In this document: in pieces, positions 1 to 12,790 of the stretch
Position numbering within the stretch: the first letter of the stretch is position 1
Layout of the letters: each line of letters starts with the position of its first letter
DNA from: Callorhinchus milii
Taxonomy: Eukaryota
Assembly: GCF_018977255.1 (NCBI RefSeq)
Contig: NW_024704743.1
Location: 87,732,001-87,796,000 of the forward strand
Reading direction: 5' to 3'
Length of the DNA: 64,000 nucleotides
The notes under the pieces: model-generated
The model's database searches: none
Seen by the model: the letters and a program-made list of their open reading frames with translations, nothing else
Told to the model about the DNA's origin: nothing
Position numbers and translations under genes: made by a program

Positions 1-894
1 GGTGGAGGGAGCAACAGAGGTCACGTGGAAAACATGGAAGCAGATGAGCACTTCCAAATCCTCCTCTGAGATCCTTCTCCTGTCTCCCATTCTCAGGAAC
101 ATAGACCCAGTGCTCATCAACATCAAGCCCTGCACTGCACCCCATAGAAAAGCAGAGAAAGGTGTGGGTAATGTAACCAAAGAGAGAAATTGTGGTGGAA
201 CATAGAGCAATGCAGAAGTGAGGCATTCAGCCGACAAGAAGGGCAGGTCCATGAGGAAGCACTTACAAAGACTTTACAGTTCTCTGAGATGTGAAAAGGA
301 TGCATTAGGTGAGGAGTCATGTGACGCTGAGGGGTTCGACGCACTCAATAGGCAGATGATGGACTTCTTGCAGAAAATGAAAGAAAATATAAGAGAAAAT
401 ATCCAAAGCACACAACACCTAACTGCAATATCAGTGTCCAACATATAGTTTGAAGATGCTGTGCATTGTCCAGAATCTGGCATAGAGAGACTGTAAGACA
501 GAATCGACATGGCCCGAGACGTAGCAAAGGACTATAAATGGTCTGTGAAGACCCTTGCCAAGTTCATCTAAACAGATTTAGCAGAACACATATGTCGCCT
601 TCAGGAGAGAGTCGGATGCTTGCTAGATTGACAGTCCAGATGTTGTTGGGAGATCTACAGATGTCATGGGACTAGCAGACCATTCAAGGGAGTGACAGAG
701 TTCCCCCATATGGACCAGCTGTCACCTCCGCTGCTCGAGCTGTAGCAGGAGAGTAATTCAAACAACTATAAGGTGAGTATGGAATACCATACACCCAATA
801 CAATGTTTGATCTCCTGCGTGCTACACTTACTGATCAGTTGTGGGGTTATAACATGTCTCCCATCTGCCTCTAGAGTTGGAGAAGCTGGAAAAT

Positions 895-1398
895 TATAAT
901 TATAATAATTATGATAATCAATGCATTTAATCCAGTGCCTTTCATGTCAAAGTGCTTCAAAGGATTTACTGTACAGTATAGTACTGTACAGCACTCTAAG
1001 ACATCGTCCTGCGTGAAGGGTGCTATATAAATGCAAGTTGTTATTGTTCTTGTAGTAATTGGGTATTTTTCTAGGTCAACACGCTAGTCAATTTGTACAC
1101 AGTAATGTTCCACAAAGAGCCATGAAGTAAATGACCAATTTTATTTAGGGTGTTGTTGGCCAGGACACCAAGAGGAATTGCCTTCATTTTTCTAATAGCG
1201 CCATGGGATCTTTAACATCAACATGAACAAGTAAAAGGTACCAGTTTAACCAAAGGCACCTCCAATAATTCAGCACGTCCCCAACAATGCATTGGAGATT
1301 CAGCCCAGACTACGTGAATTTAAAGTCCCAATGTTGGTCTTGAACCCATAAGCTTATGGCTCAGAGGCAAGAGTGCTACCAACGGAGCCACGCTGACA
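895..1398 (-). mobile_element. Old tRNA-head Deu-domain SINE, interrupted by an L2-type 3' tail (~985-1050)
   Basis: Reverse strand reads GTGGCTCCGTTGGTAGCACTCTTGCCTCTGAG (head), AAAGATCCCATGGCGCTATT and GTGTCCTGGCCAACA (Deu core), and ends in a (TTA)n-like tail near 895-920. Confidence 0.8.
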
Positions 1399-1402
1399 CA
1401 CA

Positions 1403-1474
1403 GATGGTTCTACCCCACAGCCACAAGGTGAGGGGCTGGATGGTTCTACCCCACAGCCACAAGGTGAGGGGCTG
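1403..1474. repeat. Perfect 36-bp tandem duplication
   Basis: GATGGTTCTACCCCACAGCCACAAGGTGAGGGGCTG at 1403-1438 and 1439-1474. Confidence 0.97.
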
Positions 1475-4400
1475 TTGGAGGATAGTGCAATAACATTAGC
1501 AGATTCATGTGACGTACTGTAGCTGGAATCTGGCCATTTCCATCTTCCATGCATGGTTGGTATCTAGGAAGAGGAAACACATGGTATAGCACACTAGCGG
1601 ACAGCGGTGACTTGTTCTATGGTTGAAATTTTACCCGAGTGTTACACATACAACAACAACAACAACAAGATTCCATTTATAAAGCGTTATATCACATAGA
1701 ACCTATGTTGATAACGTTGATATCACATAGAACCTATACAACAAGTAGGTATTTTCATTGCATTAACGTGGACTAGATTTGAACTCAGAGTCCAAAAGTA
1801 AACATAGCTCATAAAGCTTCTAAAGCACACAGTCTCACTCTGATTTGAAATATTACAACAATCCCCCAGATAAAATTGATCATTCACTTTATGGCTGTGT
1901 GCAATTCGGTAGTTGCATTCACTGCCAAAATACTCTGCGAAATGCTTTGAAACATTTCATTCTTATAGGTGCTATATCAAATGCAAGGAGTATTATTGCT
2001 AAATTAGCAGACTCACTCAATTGAACACTAATCAAGGATTATGTGGAAAATTCTCAATAGTACAAAGGTTGATGCTTTTCTGAGATTATGGTTAAACCAT
2101 ATTATTGTTGTGGCAAAGCCTGCCCTATGTTGTGTTTGACCTGGGAATATTTGATACTGGTACTGAGTCCAAAATGTTTCATTTCTCATACTGGCATCTC
2201 TCACCTTTTATAAAAAAATCATCAAAAGCTATATTTTTCAAACACTTCCAGGAAGATCAGTACTGTAACACTGCTGCTAACCTTTGTTGCAATGTTCCGC
2301 ATTGCAATTCGACATAACACTATGACGTTTCACATCAAGGAGCAGAGGTTTGTAAACTTCAAGCCATAAAGGAAAGATTAAGGGGTTAATTACTGGTGAA
2401 GTGGTCAAAATGCAAGCCAACAAAAGTAAAACTTTTCCGCACTTAGTCTTTGGAAACTGTATAGTAAAAATTAGCATAACTGCCTCTGGGCACAAAAAAG
2501 GAGTTTATAAGGAACACTGTGCTTTCAACTGCAAATGTCAATCTTCTTGTGTGGAAAGACTATAGGGAAGTATTCTGAAGTTGTGGCTTGTAGCAGATGT
2601 AGTGGATGTTGAATATTCATTACTGAATGAAAAATTGAAAAGGAATCAAATTTATTAAGAATTAAACTGCTCTGCATTCCTCTGACAGATTCATGAGTTG
2701 GTCTGCGACAAAACTTAATGACAGATGTTTTGGTACCAGCACCTAGAGCCCGAGTAATAGAAAAGAAATTGCTTTGAACTTCAACTGAGCTTTAAATGCC
2801 TCAAATCAATAGGGTCACAAAACTCTTTAAAAGTATGATGAGGTCTTGCCCCAGCAGATACTCATAGTGGCATGTTGATGGGCTTCCAAAGAGCAGGTCA
2901 TAAAAATTCAGGCTTTTCCTTGAAAAGGAGCTTTGTGCTTGAGAGGTCCATTTAGACTGACTCTTCAGTGCAGACAAACTCAAAAGATGGACCATGATAG
3001 TATTTCTGTCTCCAGACATCTGAATAGGAGTGTGACCCCAGAAGCTTGTGAATTACTTCTGGAAACTTAATCTACAAGTTGGCCTCTTCACATGCACACC
3101 ACTGAATTCTTGTTTACTCTTAAATGGCTGTCACAAGACCTATTCATCAAAATCAAAAGGGAAGATGTTCGCATAAGGTTGCTTCAAGTATTGCACCATT
3201 AAATAATCATTAGACCTTATTGCAGGTTTTGAGACGACTTAAAACTCTGCAAAGCTGCCTTTTACCATTCATCAAGACTGCATTTAAATGGGATTTTGTT
3301 GTGATAAAAGAGTGCGTTGTGTGTCCATCTTTATTAATTTCACAGCCTCATTCTTTCCATGTGAGAGGAGTTATTTTTTAAACTCCAATAAAAGGAGAGA
3401 AAAGCAGATGGCAGAATCCTTCAATATCTGTTTGCTTTATTTGCACAGCCTAACGCGGTAAAGTGATTCAGAAAGAAGCCACTAGATTAAGCCAAGCAGG
3501 GACATTAAACAGTGCTTGGAGGTGGGGGAATGGTACAAAGGAGCTGGATGATTTATGAAACCTTTGTTTAATTCTAATGATTTCTGCCCGAACAAAGGCA
3601 CACTGAGCAGGCTATACTGAGAAGAATGAAGCATAAGGAACCTTGACCATGGCAGTGAACGTACAGAGTGTTGCATACACCAAACTGATGTATGGTCCAT
3701 TGTATATGTTTTGGGAAAGCTGGAATGTTGCTTAAATGGAAAAGGATGAAGTACTTTCAGAAGCACTTTGCATTTTTGAAATATCTTTTAAAAAACATAG
3801 TACTTTCAGTGTTATTTTAACTTTAACTAAGATCAACAGTAAGACTAAACTATCTGTAAACCCTTCATGCTGTAGCTGGACTTTATAATCTGTCATTGTT
3901 TCTTTTTTTAAACGATTGCTATTGCAAACCTTTCACATTGTATTCTCTCTGCATAAACTTGTTCTGCTTCTGTTTTTTATTCCACGTTACTTCACATTAC
4001 ACATTGCTAACAAGTTAACAGAATATCCATGATTTTATTAGATCTCGAAATTCATAATAAATAAAATCTGTAAAGTGAGGTTTCTAAAATTATGTGTATA
4101 ACCAAATGTTAATGACAGTTTTACACTGCAGTGATATTGATCTATGGTCACAGAAGTGATTAAGAGATTGTAATGAAGTCAAAGGAACTATTGCGTATTC
4201 AGGGTCGTTTCTGTAACCTGGAGATCAATGCTTATAGCCTAAAAACGGCAGTTAGTATTTGTTTTACTGCTTCACAACAGCCTCAGATGGGGCAGGCCCC
4301 TAACCTCCTTTGATCCAATTTTTCAGGATACCAACTGTACTGTCTTCCCATTACACTAGCTTATTTACTTTGTGAATGACTGCAGTGAGCTGGTCTCAAA

Positions 4401-4692
4401 ACTCTACACTCTGTAACTCATTCCAGCCGTTACTCTGCATAAAGAAATACTTCCTGGTGTCTGTTCTGTGCTTTCCACTCAGTCTTGAACCTTCACCCTC
4501 TTAGTCTACAACCTCAGAGTATCTGAAAATATTTTCAGTGCTGAGCTTTTTATAGATTAAGGTTTTCAGCTTTGGATTAAGCATCTTTTGCAATAGTTAT
4601 TCACGTGATAGTTATTGAACTCTACAAATTTCTTTCCAAGTTCATTATTGAAGGAAACTTAAGACAATCTCTCCCTATGATGTTGCCCGCAT

Positions 4693-4745
4693 TGTTCACT
4701 ACACTGTTCACCACACTGTTCAGCACAGTGCTCACCATACTGACT
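4693..4745. repeat. Degenerate 12-bp minisatellite
   Basis: About four copies of TGTTCACCACAC-like units. Confidence 0.7.
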
Positions 4746-5788
4746 CAAACCTGAGATATTGGGTCTTGAATGCTTTTCCCCATAGTTACATGGCGCTCAC
4801 CATACTGTTCAAGAGCTTGTTTAATCCTTAAATAATAAACTAAAAATATTCCTCGCATTTGAAATTGCGCCTTATAATGTTGTCAAATTGGCTCAAAGTG
4901 TTTCACAGGATTTACTATAAAGTGTAGTGACTGTCTATTTGTAGACAAATTATCCTTCCTCTCCTCAGTCCTCACTATTCTCTCTATGAAGCACTTAAAG
5001 ATATTCATCCAATTGGAAGGCTCTATATAAGTTAATGTTGTTATTGTTGTAGCAGTACCTCAGCTAAACACCAAAGCTGAGTCTTCCCAACCTGATAACT
5101 ATTAGCCTCCTTTTGATGGTTGTTAATATTGCTTGTAACACCATAATGTTGCTTGTCCTCTATTACATGTATTCTTTGTTGAGGTCCTTTGAATTCTCCA
5201 ATATGAGAAATCAATGCACAGTTCCATTAGAAAATGCAATTGCAGAGATCAGACAGACAGTAATGATTTTTTAAAGTAAATCATTGATACAATTGTGTTA
5301 CCTGATAAGTGTCTCTATTTTCCTTTGGATTTCTGCTGTATTAGCAATATCAATTGTAGTAGTTCAGTTAACTGTGCATTTTATGATTCAATACATTTTA
5401 TGTTTGACTGAACTGTACGGAATTCTAACCAAGGCTTGCAAGTTTCTCAGTGAGAAAAGGCAGGAAAATGGAATCAAAAAGTGAAACATAATGGCAGACC
5501 AGGCTTGACAGGTTAAATGGTCTACGCTTGTTCCTATGTTTATAAAGGGTTGATATATTAGGTGTGCTGTGATAACGTGATAGCTATCTCTGGTAATAGT
5601 TACCATGTCTTTGATAAATTTGTTAAATTAAAACCTGTCATGAATTATTACCAGTTATAATTATCATACTACACGTCACAATTTTGACACTTGTGTTTCT
5701 TTACTCTTAGATACTGTGAAGCGCTTTGAGACGGCTCAACGATCTAATAAGGCGCTATATGAAATGCAAGGATTATAATTATATTATT

Positions 5789-5987
5789 ACAATTTAAATC
5801 ATTCTGTAGAGGTAATATCTTAATGGTTTTCAGTGATGGGTCAGCTAGACCAATAACACTGTCACTTTTCATATGAATGGATGTTACTTTTCTTAATATA
5901 TTTGAGCTTCCAAAAATCTTTTTCACGAGGTATTTTGTCAAGCCATTCCTGAATAGTTTTATTAACAGTCCCAGTTGCACCGATAAG
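5789..5987 (-). mobile_element. 3' end of an R4/Dong-like (restriction-like endonuclease) non-LTR retrotransposon, relic
   Basis: Minus-strand translation IGATGTVNKTIQEWLDKIP...GSSNILRKV resembles the C-terminal motif of R4/Dong ORFs; the 3' UTR matches 13860-13935; it abuts a SINE (TTA)n tail. Confidence 0.7.
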
Positions 5988-6060
5988 ACAATCCATAAAT
6001 GGCTTGCCAAAATGCGTGGTGAAAAAGATATCAATGTCATTCAAAAAGTAGCTATTTCAG
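5983..6060 (+). mobile_element. Inverted second fragment of the same R4/Dong-like segment
   Basis: Plus-strand KTIHKWLAKMRGEKDINVIQKVAI parallels the minus-strand KTIQEWLDKIPREKD and the NINLLQKVAV of the 13.7 kb copy. Confidence 0.65.
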
Positions 6061-7983
6061 CTACCAAAAAAAATGTGCTTTCAGCAAACTGGCCAAGGGG
6101 CTTTCAGAGTAGAGTTCCAGAGGACAGGGGCATAGTAGGGGAAGGCTCAGCCACTAATAGTGGGACTAAGGGAGCGAAGAACAAGAAATTAACCAGAATC
6201 ATAAGAGCCGAAGGTGAAGACCAGCATCCATTTATACAATAAAGGATTGGAAAAGACTGACAAGTCAATGGGGATTAAAGGATTGAGATAATATCTCTGC
6301 ATAAGGAAGAGTACAGTTTCAACAGTGCCTATACCTTAACCACAGTTTTTTGTTACTGTCAGTGTTTTGTTTCAATCTTCTTCCTGCAAGGCAACACTGT
6401 GGCTCAAGGAGTTTTATTCTCTTGCACAGAACACAAACTAAACTCTGAGCACCTGTAGCGTATACTACAGGGAGAGGGCAAAAACACATAGGTGGCCATA
6501 TGATAAATCATCTACAGGCACTCAAAGAATGATTTATAATATGTTTATGAGTACAGTCGTGAAAGTAACAAATTGATTTAATCTTTAAATGGTTCTGAAT
6601 CCCTCAGGCCTTCCTTGTTAGAAGATTCATTTGAATTGTGCTTTGGCATAGTCAATCTTTCATACCAGAAAGAGGGCACTCAGCCAATTGGGTCTGATTT
6701 ATAATCTATTCTGACTCCCTATTATACAACTATTATTTTGCTCACAACCTTGGAAATTTCCAGAGAATTACCAGGATGTGGAAGAGTATCCCCAGGTCCT
6801 TGTGCTGTGGAAAACAATGATGTAATTGAATTCGTGTTATAAACATAGCTGGTACATGCAGGTTGGATGATCACGTGATGTAGAGAAGATTATTACAGGA
6901 AAAAGCAAAGCAATAAGTTATTCACCAATGTGGACATATTAGAACACTTTTGATTAAACATGCGGTAGAAGAATAAAAATGACAGTATTTAGACAAGGAT
7001 GTATTTACATTATGGTGGGGACAAGATTTATGGCAAAAAGTTGCCCCAGACATAAAGTTACAGTGTTCAAAATATTTAGAAACACTAAATGAGGGGTTGC
7101 ACAAGGGAGGCTTGGGTTATCCTGATAGTGTCTGCTGAGGGAAATCTGCACTTCTTTGACTACAATAGCAAGTTGGATTCATATATTCATGTAGGATAAT
7201 ATCTTGGAGCACTTTACAAGTGTATTGACTTCAGTTACTTGCCTAACATCTGCTGCTGATTCCATTTCTGGCTACCCCCAAACATCTTCCCTCATGCCGT
7301 GCCACCGCCTCGAGATGAAGAATTCTCAGATAGTAGCCAGATGACAGTCTCCCTCTAGTTCTTCTGACTCTGTGCTTGGAGATGCTACAGACTCCATTCA
7401 GCCACTCCTTGTTCCCTCTACCTCAGACTGAAAGGATGATTCAGTCTTCTCTGCTCCATAGCATTAGTTATTACTTAGCAAACAATGCCCTGTGCTATCT
7501 CCAATGATTCATGAAAGAGACTAAGAGAAAAATAAATCTTTTTTCACATTATCCAACAAGCCAAAATAAAAATATCCCAAAAGACATTTATAAACATGCC
7601 TTATACTGCATAGAAATGTTGAAAGCATAGAAATAATAGAATGTTACAGTGCTAGCGCAAGAAATTCAACCTATCAAGTCTATGCCTGTATTTTTCCCCA
7701 CATGAGCCGTCTGGTCTAAACCAATTCTCTTGCTCGCTCCCCAATACCCTGTAATATTCTTCTATTTTCAAGCACGGTGAGTGGGAAATGTACCAGGTAG
7801 GAGTTTTTGAAGGACAGTTTGAAGCACTTGGATTATAATGCTTTCCAGGCACATGTAACAGCAACTGTTTTCTTGATTATGCTGTTCCTTACAGCATGTT
7901 GCACTTACTCACCATGAAGGGCACACCATTCTTATTCGCATATCAAAATCTACTCACTTTCCACAGGCATTTCAATAGAAGTC

Positions 7984-8311
7984 TTGAATTTTCTGTAACA
8001 AAACCATCTCGGAGATCTATGAGAAGAAATTCCACCTGGGTCCCAATTTACTCTATTTATGTAGCATTTCGGAGCATCCAGAATTTGGCAAATTCGTAAA
8101 TGCAGCTTTAATTTTGAAGCTGTAAATCTATAAGTTCTTTTAAGAGCTACGGAAAGCCAACTTCAAAGTGAAGACTGAATTCCACAAGTTGCCAAATTCT
8201 GGATGCTCCAAAATTCTACATAAATAGAACAAATCTAGACCCGGGTAGAACTTCAACTCACTAATGTTCATACATGCAACTTATATGTAAGATTAGTTAC
8301 AGAAAATTCAA
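7984..8311. mobile_element. Nested palindromic MITE-like element
   Basis: Outer perfect 16-bp inverted repeat TTGAATTTTCTGTAAC (7984-7999 / 8296-8311); inner ~95-bp imperfect inverted arms spanning ~8020-8260. Confidence 0.8.
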
Positions 8312-9492
8312 TGCTTTGCTGATTTCCATATATATACAGTCACAGAAATAGTTTTCTAAGCAACTGAAATTCTATACTATCTACTTTTCCAAATAGCTTT
8401 CTGTCAGGGGCAAAATAAATGAGGTGCAGTTTATCTAAAGAAAAACAATGGCTACAAGAATAACAGGAATTCTTTTCTTTCTCCCTCCTGGTTTATAGCA
8501 CTGCCCTGCATCTCTTCAACACATCAAAACGAGGAAGAAATTCTGAGAGAATCTGGCCTGCGTTGTGTTAAGATGGTGTATCTCTGTGCAATGTCACACG
8601 GGTTCACTTCTGCTTGCCGTTTATCTGCTTACACTCTCAGGTCTCTTGACTGCAGTAATCACATCCCACACACATTCTGACAGCAGCCATGGCTTCAGCC
8701 AGCTTCCAGAGACACAACCGAGCCTCGAGAAAGATGTCAGTGTTCCAAGAGAGCAGATGGTGTGTTTTAATTAACCCTTTGAGGGTTAGCAAAGGATTTT
8801 TGGGACATATAAATACACACGGTACATGTTTTTGATTGATTACAGATTAAAACCTGATCTAACTTCTTGAGACTTTCCTTTACATTCTTCTGACTAACAT
8901 TGCATTTTAAATTATTTACACTGTGAGCAGGTATAATTTGTTTGAGCTCGTCAATCAACCATATATTCATATCATTGAAACATCAAAGAAATCAGCTTTT
9001 TGTCAGTTTAGCTCATTCGCACTCTTGCCTCTGGGTCAGAAGGTTGTGGGCTCATTCCCTACATCAAGACATAAGATCACAGTCTAAGTTGACTCAGGGA
9101 GTCCATTACTCAAGGAGTGTTGCGTGGTTGGAGGTGGTGGAATTCAGATCAGAAGTTTAAAGTAAGGTCCTGTCTGCTTATTTTATCAAAGATCAAGTTA
9201 TGTCAAAAAGGCCTGTGCCTATTTCACAGGACACTGATTAAATATGCTCACTCACTCTGATCTTTCCTTGTGGTACAAATCAGAGGTGCTCTGGAACTCT
9301 TTCCCTAAATGTTTCAATTTGCAGCTTCTTCTCTGTTTTCTAAAATCTGACCTTCTAAAGACTGTGCTTTCAGTCAATTGTCTCCTACCTGTACATAGCA
9401 CCTTTTAAATCTCCTTGGTTAGTAGAGTAATATAGTGGTGAGTATTCCCACATGTCATACAAGACACTAGAATTTGGTTCCTCAAAGTGAGG

Positions 9493-9855
9493 TGTTAACC
9501 TGGCTCAGTTACCAGTTCTCTTGTCTCAGAGTCAGAAAGATATGAGTTCAAGCTTGATGTTGGGACTTTAATCTCATAGTCTAGACTGACACTTCAATGA
9601 TTTGCTAAACAGAAATCCCGTCAGCCTGTTCAGCTGATAAAGATCCCACAGCATGTGGAGAAATCTGGTGTCCGGGCAAACAATCCTCCAGATAAACTGG
9701 ATATTCATTTCACGACTGTTGCGGGCCTTAAAATACAGTATGGAGAGATTTGATTAAAGATAAAGCCAAATAAAATGGCAGCACCTGTTTCCAATACTTA
9801 AATGCACGTCTCAATGATGTGATAAGGCGCTATATCAAATGTAATTATTATTACC
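9493..9855 (+). mobile_element. Old Deu-domain SINE (a further head fragment lies at ~9003-9180)
   Basis: TGGCTCAGTT...TCTCAGAGTCAGAAAG head, AAAGATCCCACAGCA core, AAGGCGCTATATCAAATGTAATTATTATT tail. Confidence 0.75.
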
Positions 9856-12454
9856 CTAAACAAGTCCTAAATTCTGCATTACCTGCTGGTGATGTGGGTG
9901 TTCTGCATTTATGTGTTTATTGTATCATAGGATTGAAGTATACACTTTGCCTAGCAGTCAAAGAGTTAATATACTCTCAGTATAGTGGATGCTACTTTTA
10001 AAATGTTGACATTTATGTTGTTTAATTTCAAACCCTCAGAACAGACCGTGAGACAGACGGGAGACTTCACCAAAGAAGGTCAGGCAATGGGTTTAGTCAC
10101 ACTGCGTTGGATAAAGTAAGCAGCAAACAGATGGACAGAGTGTGGTTTATTTGATCCACTGCTGTTTGCAAGGAAGTAATTGTCTTTTAACCTGCAGAAA
10201 ACAGAGTACTACCAGAGGACAAACAAATTAAACATTGCTGGCTGGAACACATATGACACTGTTTGTGTAACATAACATGCTCTAAGCCCTACTCTTTGTT
10301 CTTAGCAAACTTTACATTGACCATATGTAACAGGCAGTGCAGATGAATGACAGCTCTACTATTAATGGCTCTGAAAATGTCTTAGAGATAACTGATCCGT
10401 GGAATGCATCCCTGTTACTTGGAACATTTGTTAAGTGGCTTGCGATTAATAAGGGTGTGGTTTACAGCGTTTTAAAAGGGTCTACAATAACAGTAGATCC
10501 GTCTCAGAATAGGTTCTGGCTTTTACAATGTTACCAGTAACAAGTCGTACCTGATAATAATGCATCATAAATGTCATGTGTTGAAGTCAGTCTTAACATT
10601 TTAAAATGAGAGCACAATCTTTTCTGTGCCTGATTTCCCACTATTTTTGGTACATTTCACCACAATGTGGTGTTGCGAACAATATATATTTATCTGTATA
10701 AAAAGTGTCATCTAATGGACCCAGAGATGAGAACCAGGCTTACAACACTCTTTGGATATGTTTTTTTTGAAACAGAACTGTCTCCAATGCATTTTGAAAG
10801 GTCATACTGTTCAACATTAAAGAAAATCAAACATGTTAAGCTATTGCAATATAAAATACTGAGTTCAGCTGAACAGTATTATAGCAAAAGAGGAGAAAAA
10901 TCAAGGTTTGTTTGGGGGAGTTGAATTTCATTTCAAGAAAACACATTATGAGCTCATTCCATCGAGGTCAATAAATGTATAGACCTGCGGAAAATCACTC
11001 CTAATACGCCAATGTGTAACGAAACAAAGTCTTAAATCTCTTCCTGCTAGATCATCCCATGTGGGGCAATGTTACCACACATTTACTGCCAACTCTGATA
11101 TGTTATTGCTAGCAGTGAAGTACCACTTGGAGTAATTACCAATGCTCCACATTGCCCACTTACTACTAAGCACAGCTCTTGTGGAACACTGTTCATTGAC
11201 CAACACCAACTAAAGCCAATTGGGGTGGATCCTATTTGAATAAGCGAGCAAGTATTGTTTCATCGCTTTGAATGGTGTGGGGAAGAGCTATTAAAATTGC
11301 ACTTGGACCACACCCAAGGTGGGGGATAAATACCATTTGTGGTCACACACTCAATCACAAATTTCTCAGTTATTTGATATGTGCATATACAGTATCTGTT
11401 CTGTGCCTTAAAGTGGTAGAGAGTCGTTGATTATTGTATGATTGTATGATGAGATCAGAAAAAGAGTGTCAGGATTTTGGAGCAATGCGTGATGGATGAA
11501 AACTACTTACTCTGATTATATGGTGTGGTGCTGTTTTAAAGTCAGTACCAGATATGACAAAGTAAATACTGCACTGTTTCTGGAAGATAAAAAAAATCAA
11601 CGACTGGTTTTCAGATTGTTAGTAAATTTACCAATTTATAAAGCTTGATCTGCTCAAACAATAATAGTTAATTGAGACTAGATCCATTGTGAATATGAAA
11701 ACAGTGGCGATAATGGGTGATTACACAAAATACAAATTATGAACAAGGTTAACTGAAAACTTCTTGCATCAGGAAATACAGCTTCACTATTAGCTTGTGC
11801 CAAACCTTTTCTCTCACTGCTTTTCTCTCTCTCTTAGTCTCTTTCTCAATCTGACTCGCTCTAATTTTCTACCTCTTTGTGCTTCTGACTGTCTTTCTCT
11901 CCCACACACATTATTTAACTTGTGTATGTCCCTTTCAGGTAGAAATTCTAGCTGGGTCGAGAGTTACTCCTGATTTTAGCACTTTAGAGCACCAAGAATT
12001 GGCAAATTGTTGAATTCAGTCGTAGTTCTTAAAATAATTTGCAGAAAATCAACTTCAAAATTAATATATTTAAGAATTTACCATACACAGCACCTTGGGA
12101 CATCCTCCCAATGTGAAAGGCGCTATACAAATGTAATTTTGTATTGTATTGAATCTAGGCCCATGTTTAATTTCTATCCCATTATCTGTGAATTTCTCTA
12201 ATTCTGATTCTCCCCCAGCTCTAATGCTAACATTGTACCTGTAATACATTGTTGAACAAATACGTTTACCTCTCATTGCTGGTTAAAGGTCGCATGCACT
12301 AGGAAACAGGTTAACGACATAAGCTCCTCTTTACAAGCACTCTGGGCACTACCCTGCATGAGGGGCACTATCTAAATGCAAATTGTTGTTGTTCTTGTTA
12401 TATAGCATCATGGATTCTAATTGTTATGATCTCTAATTATTGGTATGTTTATCA

Positions 12455-12790
12455 GAATCAAGTCTGTTAACTGTGGTGGCCTTAATAATCCGTTCCTGAA
12501 CCAGACTAGTCTGTAATACTTCCAGGCACTGCTGATGACAGACCCATCAGACAGGTGGCTGGTCAGCAGGATTTATAATCCTTGCATTTGATATAGCACC
12601 TTATCACGTCTTCGAGACGTCTCAAAGCATTTCACAGAATATACTGTAAAGTGAATTGACTGCATATTTTGTGTGTGACTTAGAGGGGTAGACAAGTTAT
12701 TGGAAGCAGGATTCCTCCCACACTGCTCCTGTCCACAGCCATCGTGGGTAGGGTGTCCCTGGAAGGACAGGAAGCAGCTAGCCAATGTTC
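12455..12790. repeat. Unclassified interspersed repeat (copy of 34420-34980), split by a SINE 3' end at ~12572-12680
   Basis: TAATCCGTTCCTGAACCAG...CCAGGCACTGCTGATGACAG matches ~34590-34648; GACAAGTTATTGGAAGCAGGATTCCTCCCACACTGCTCCTGT matches ~34688-34730. Confidence 0.75.
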
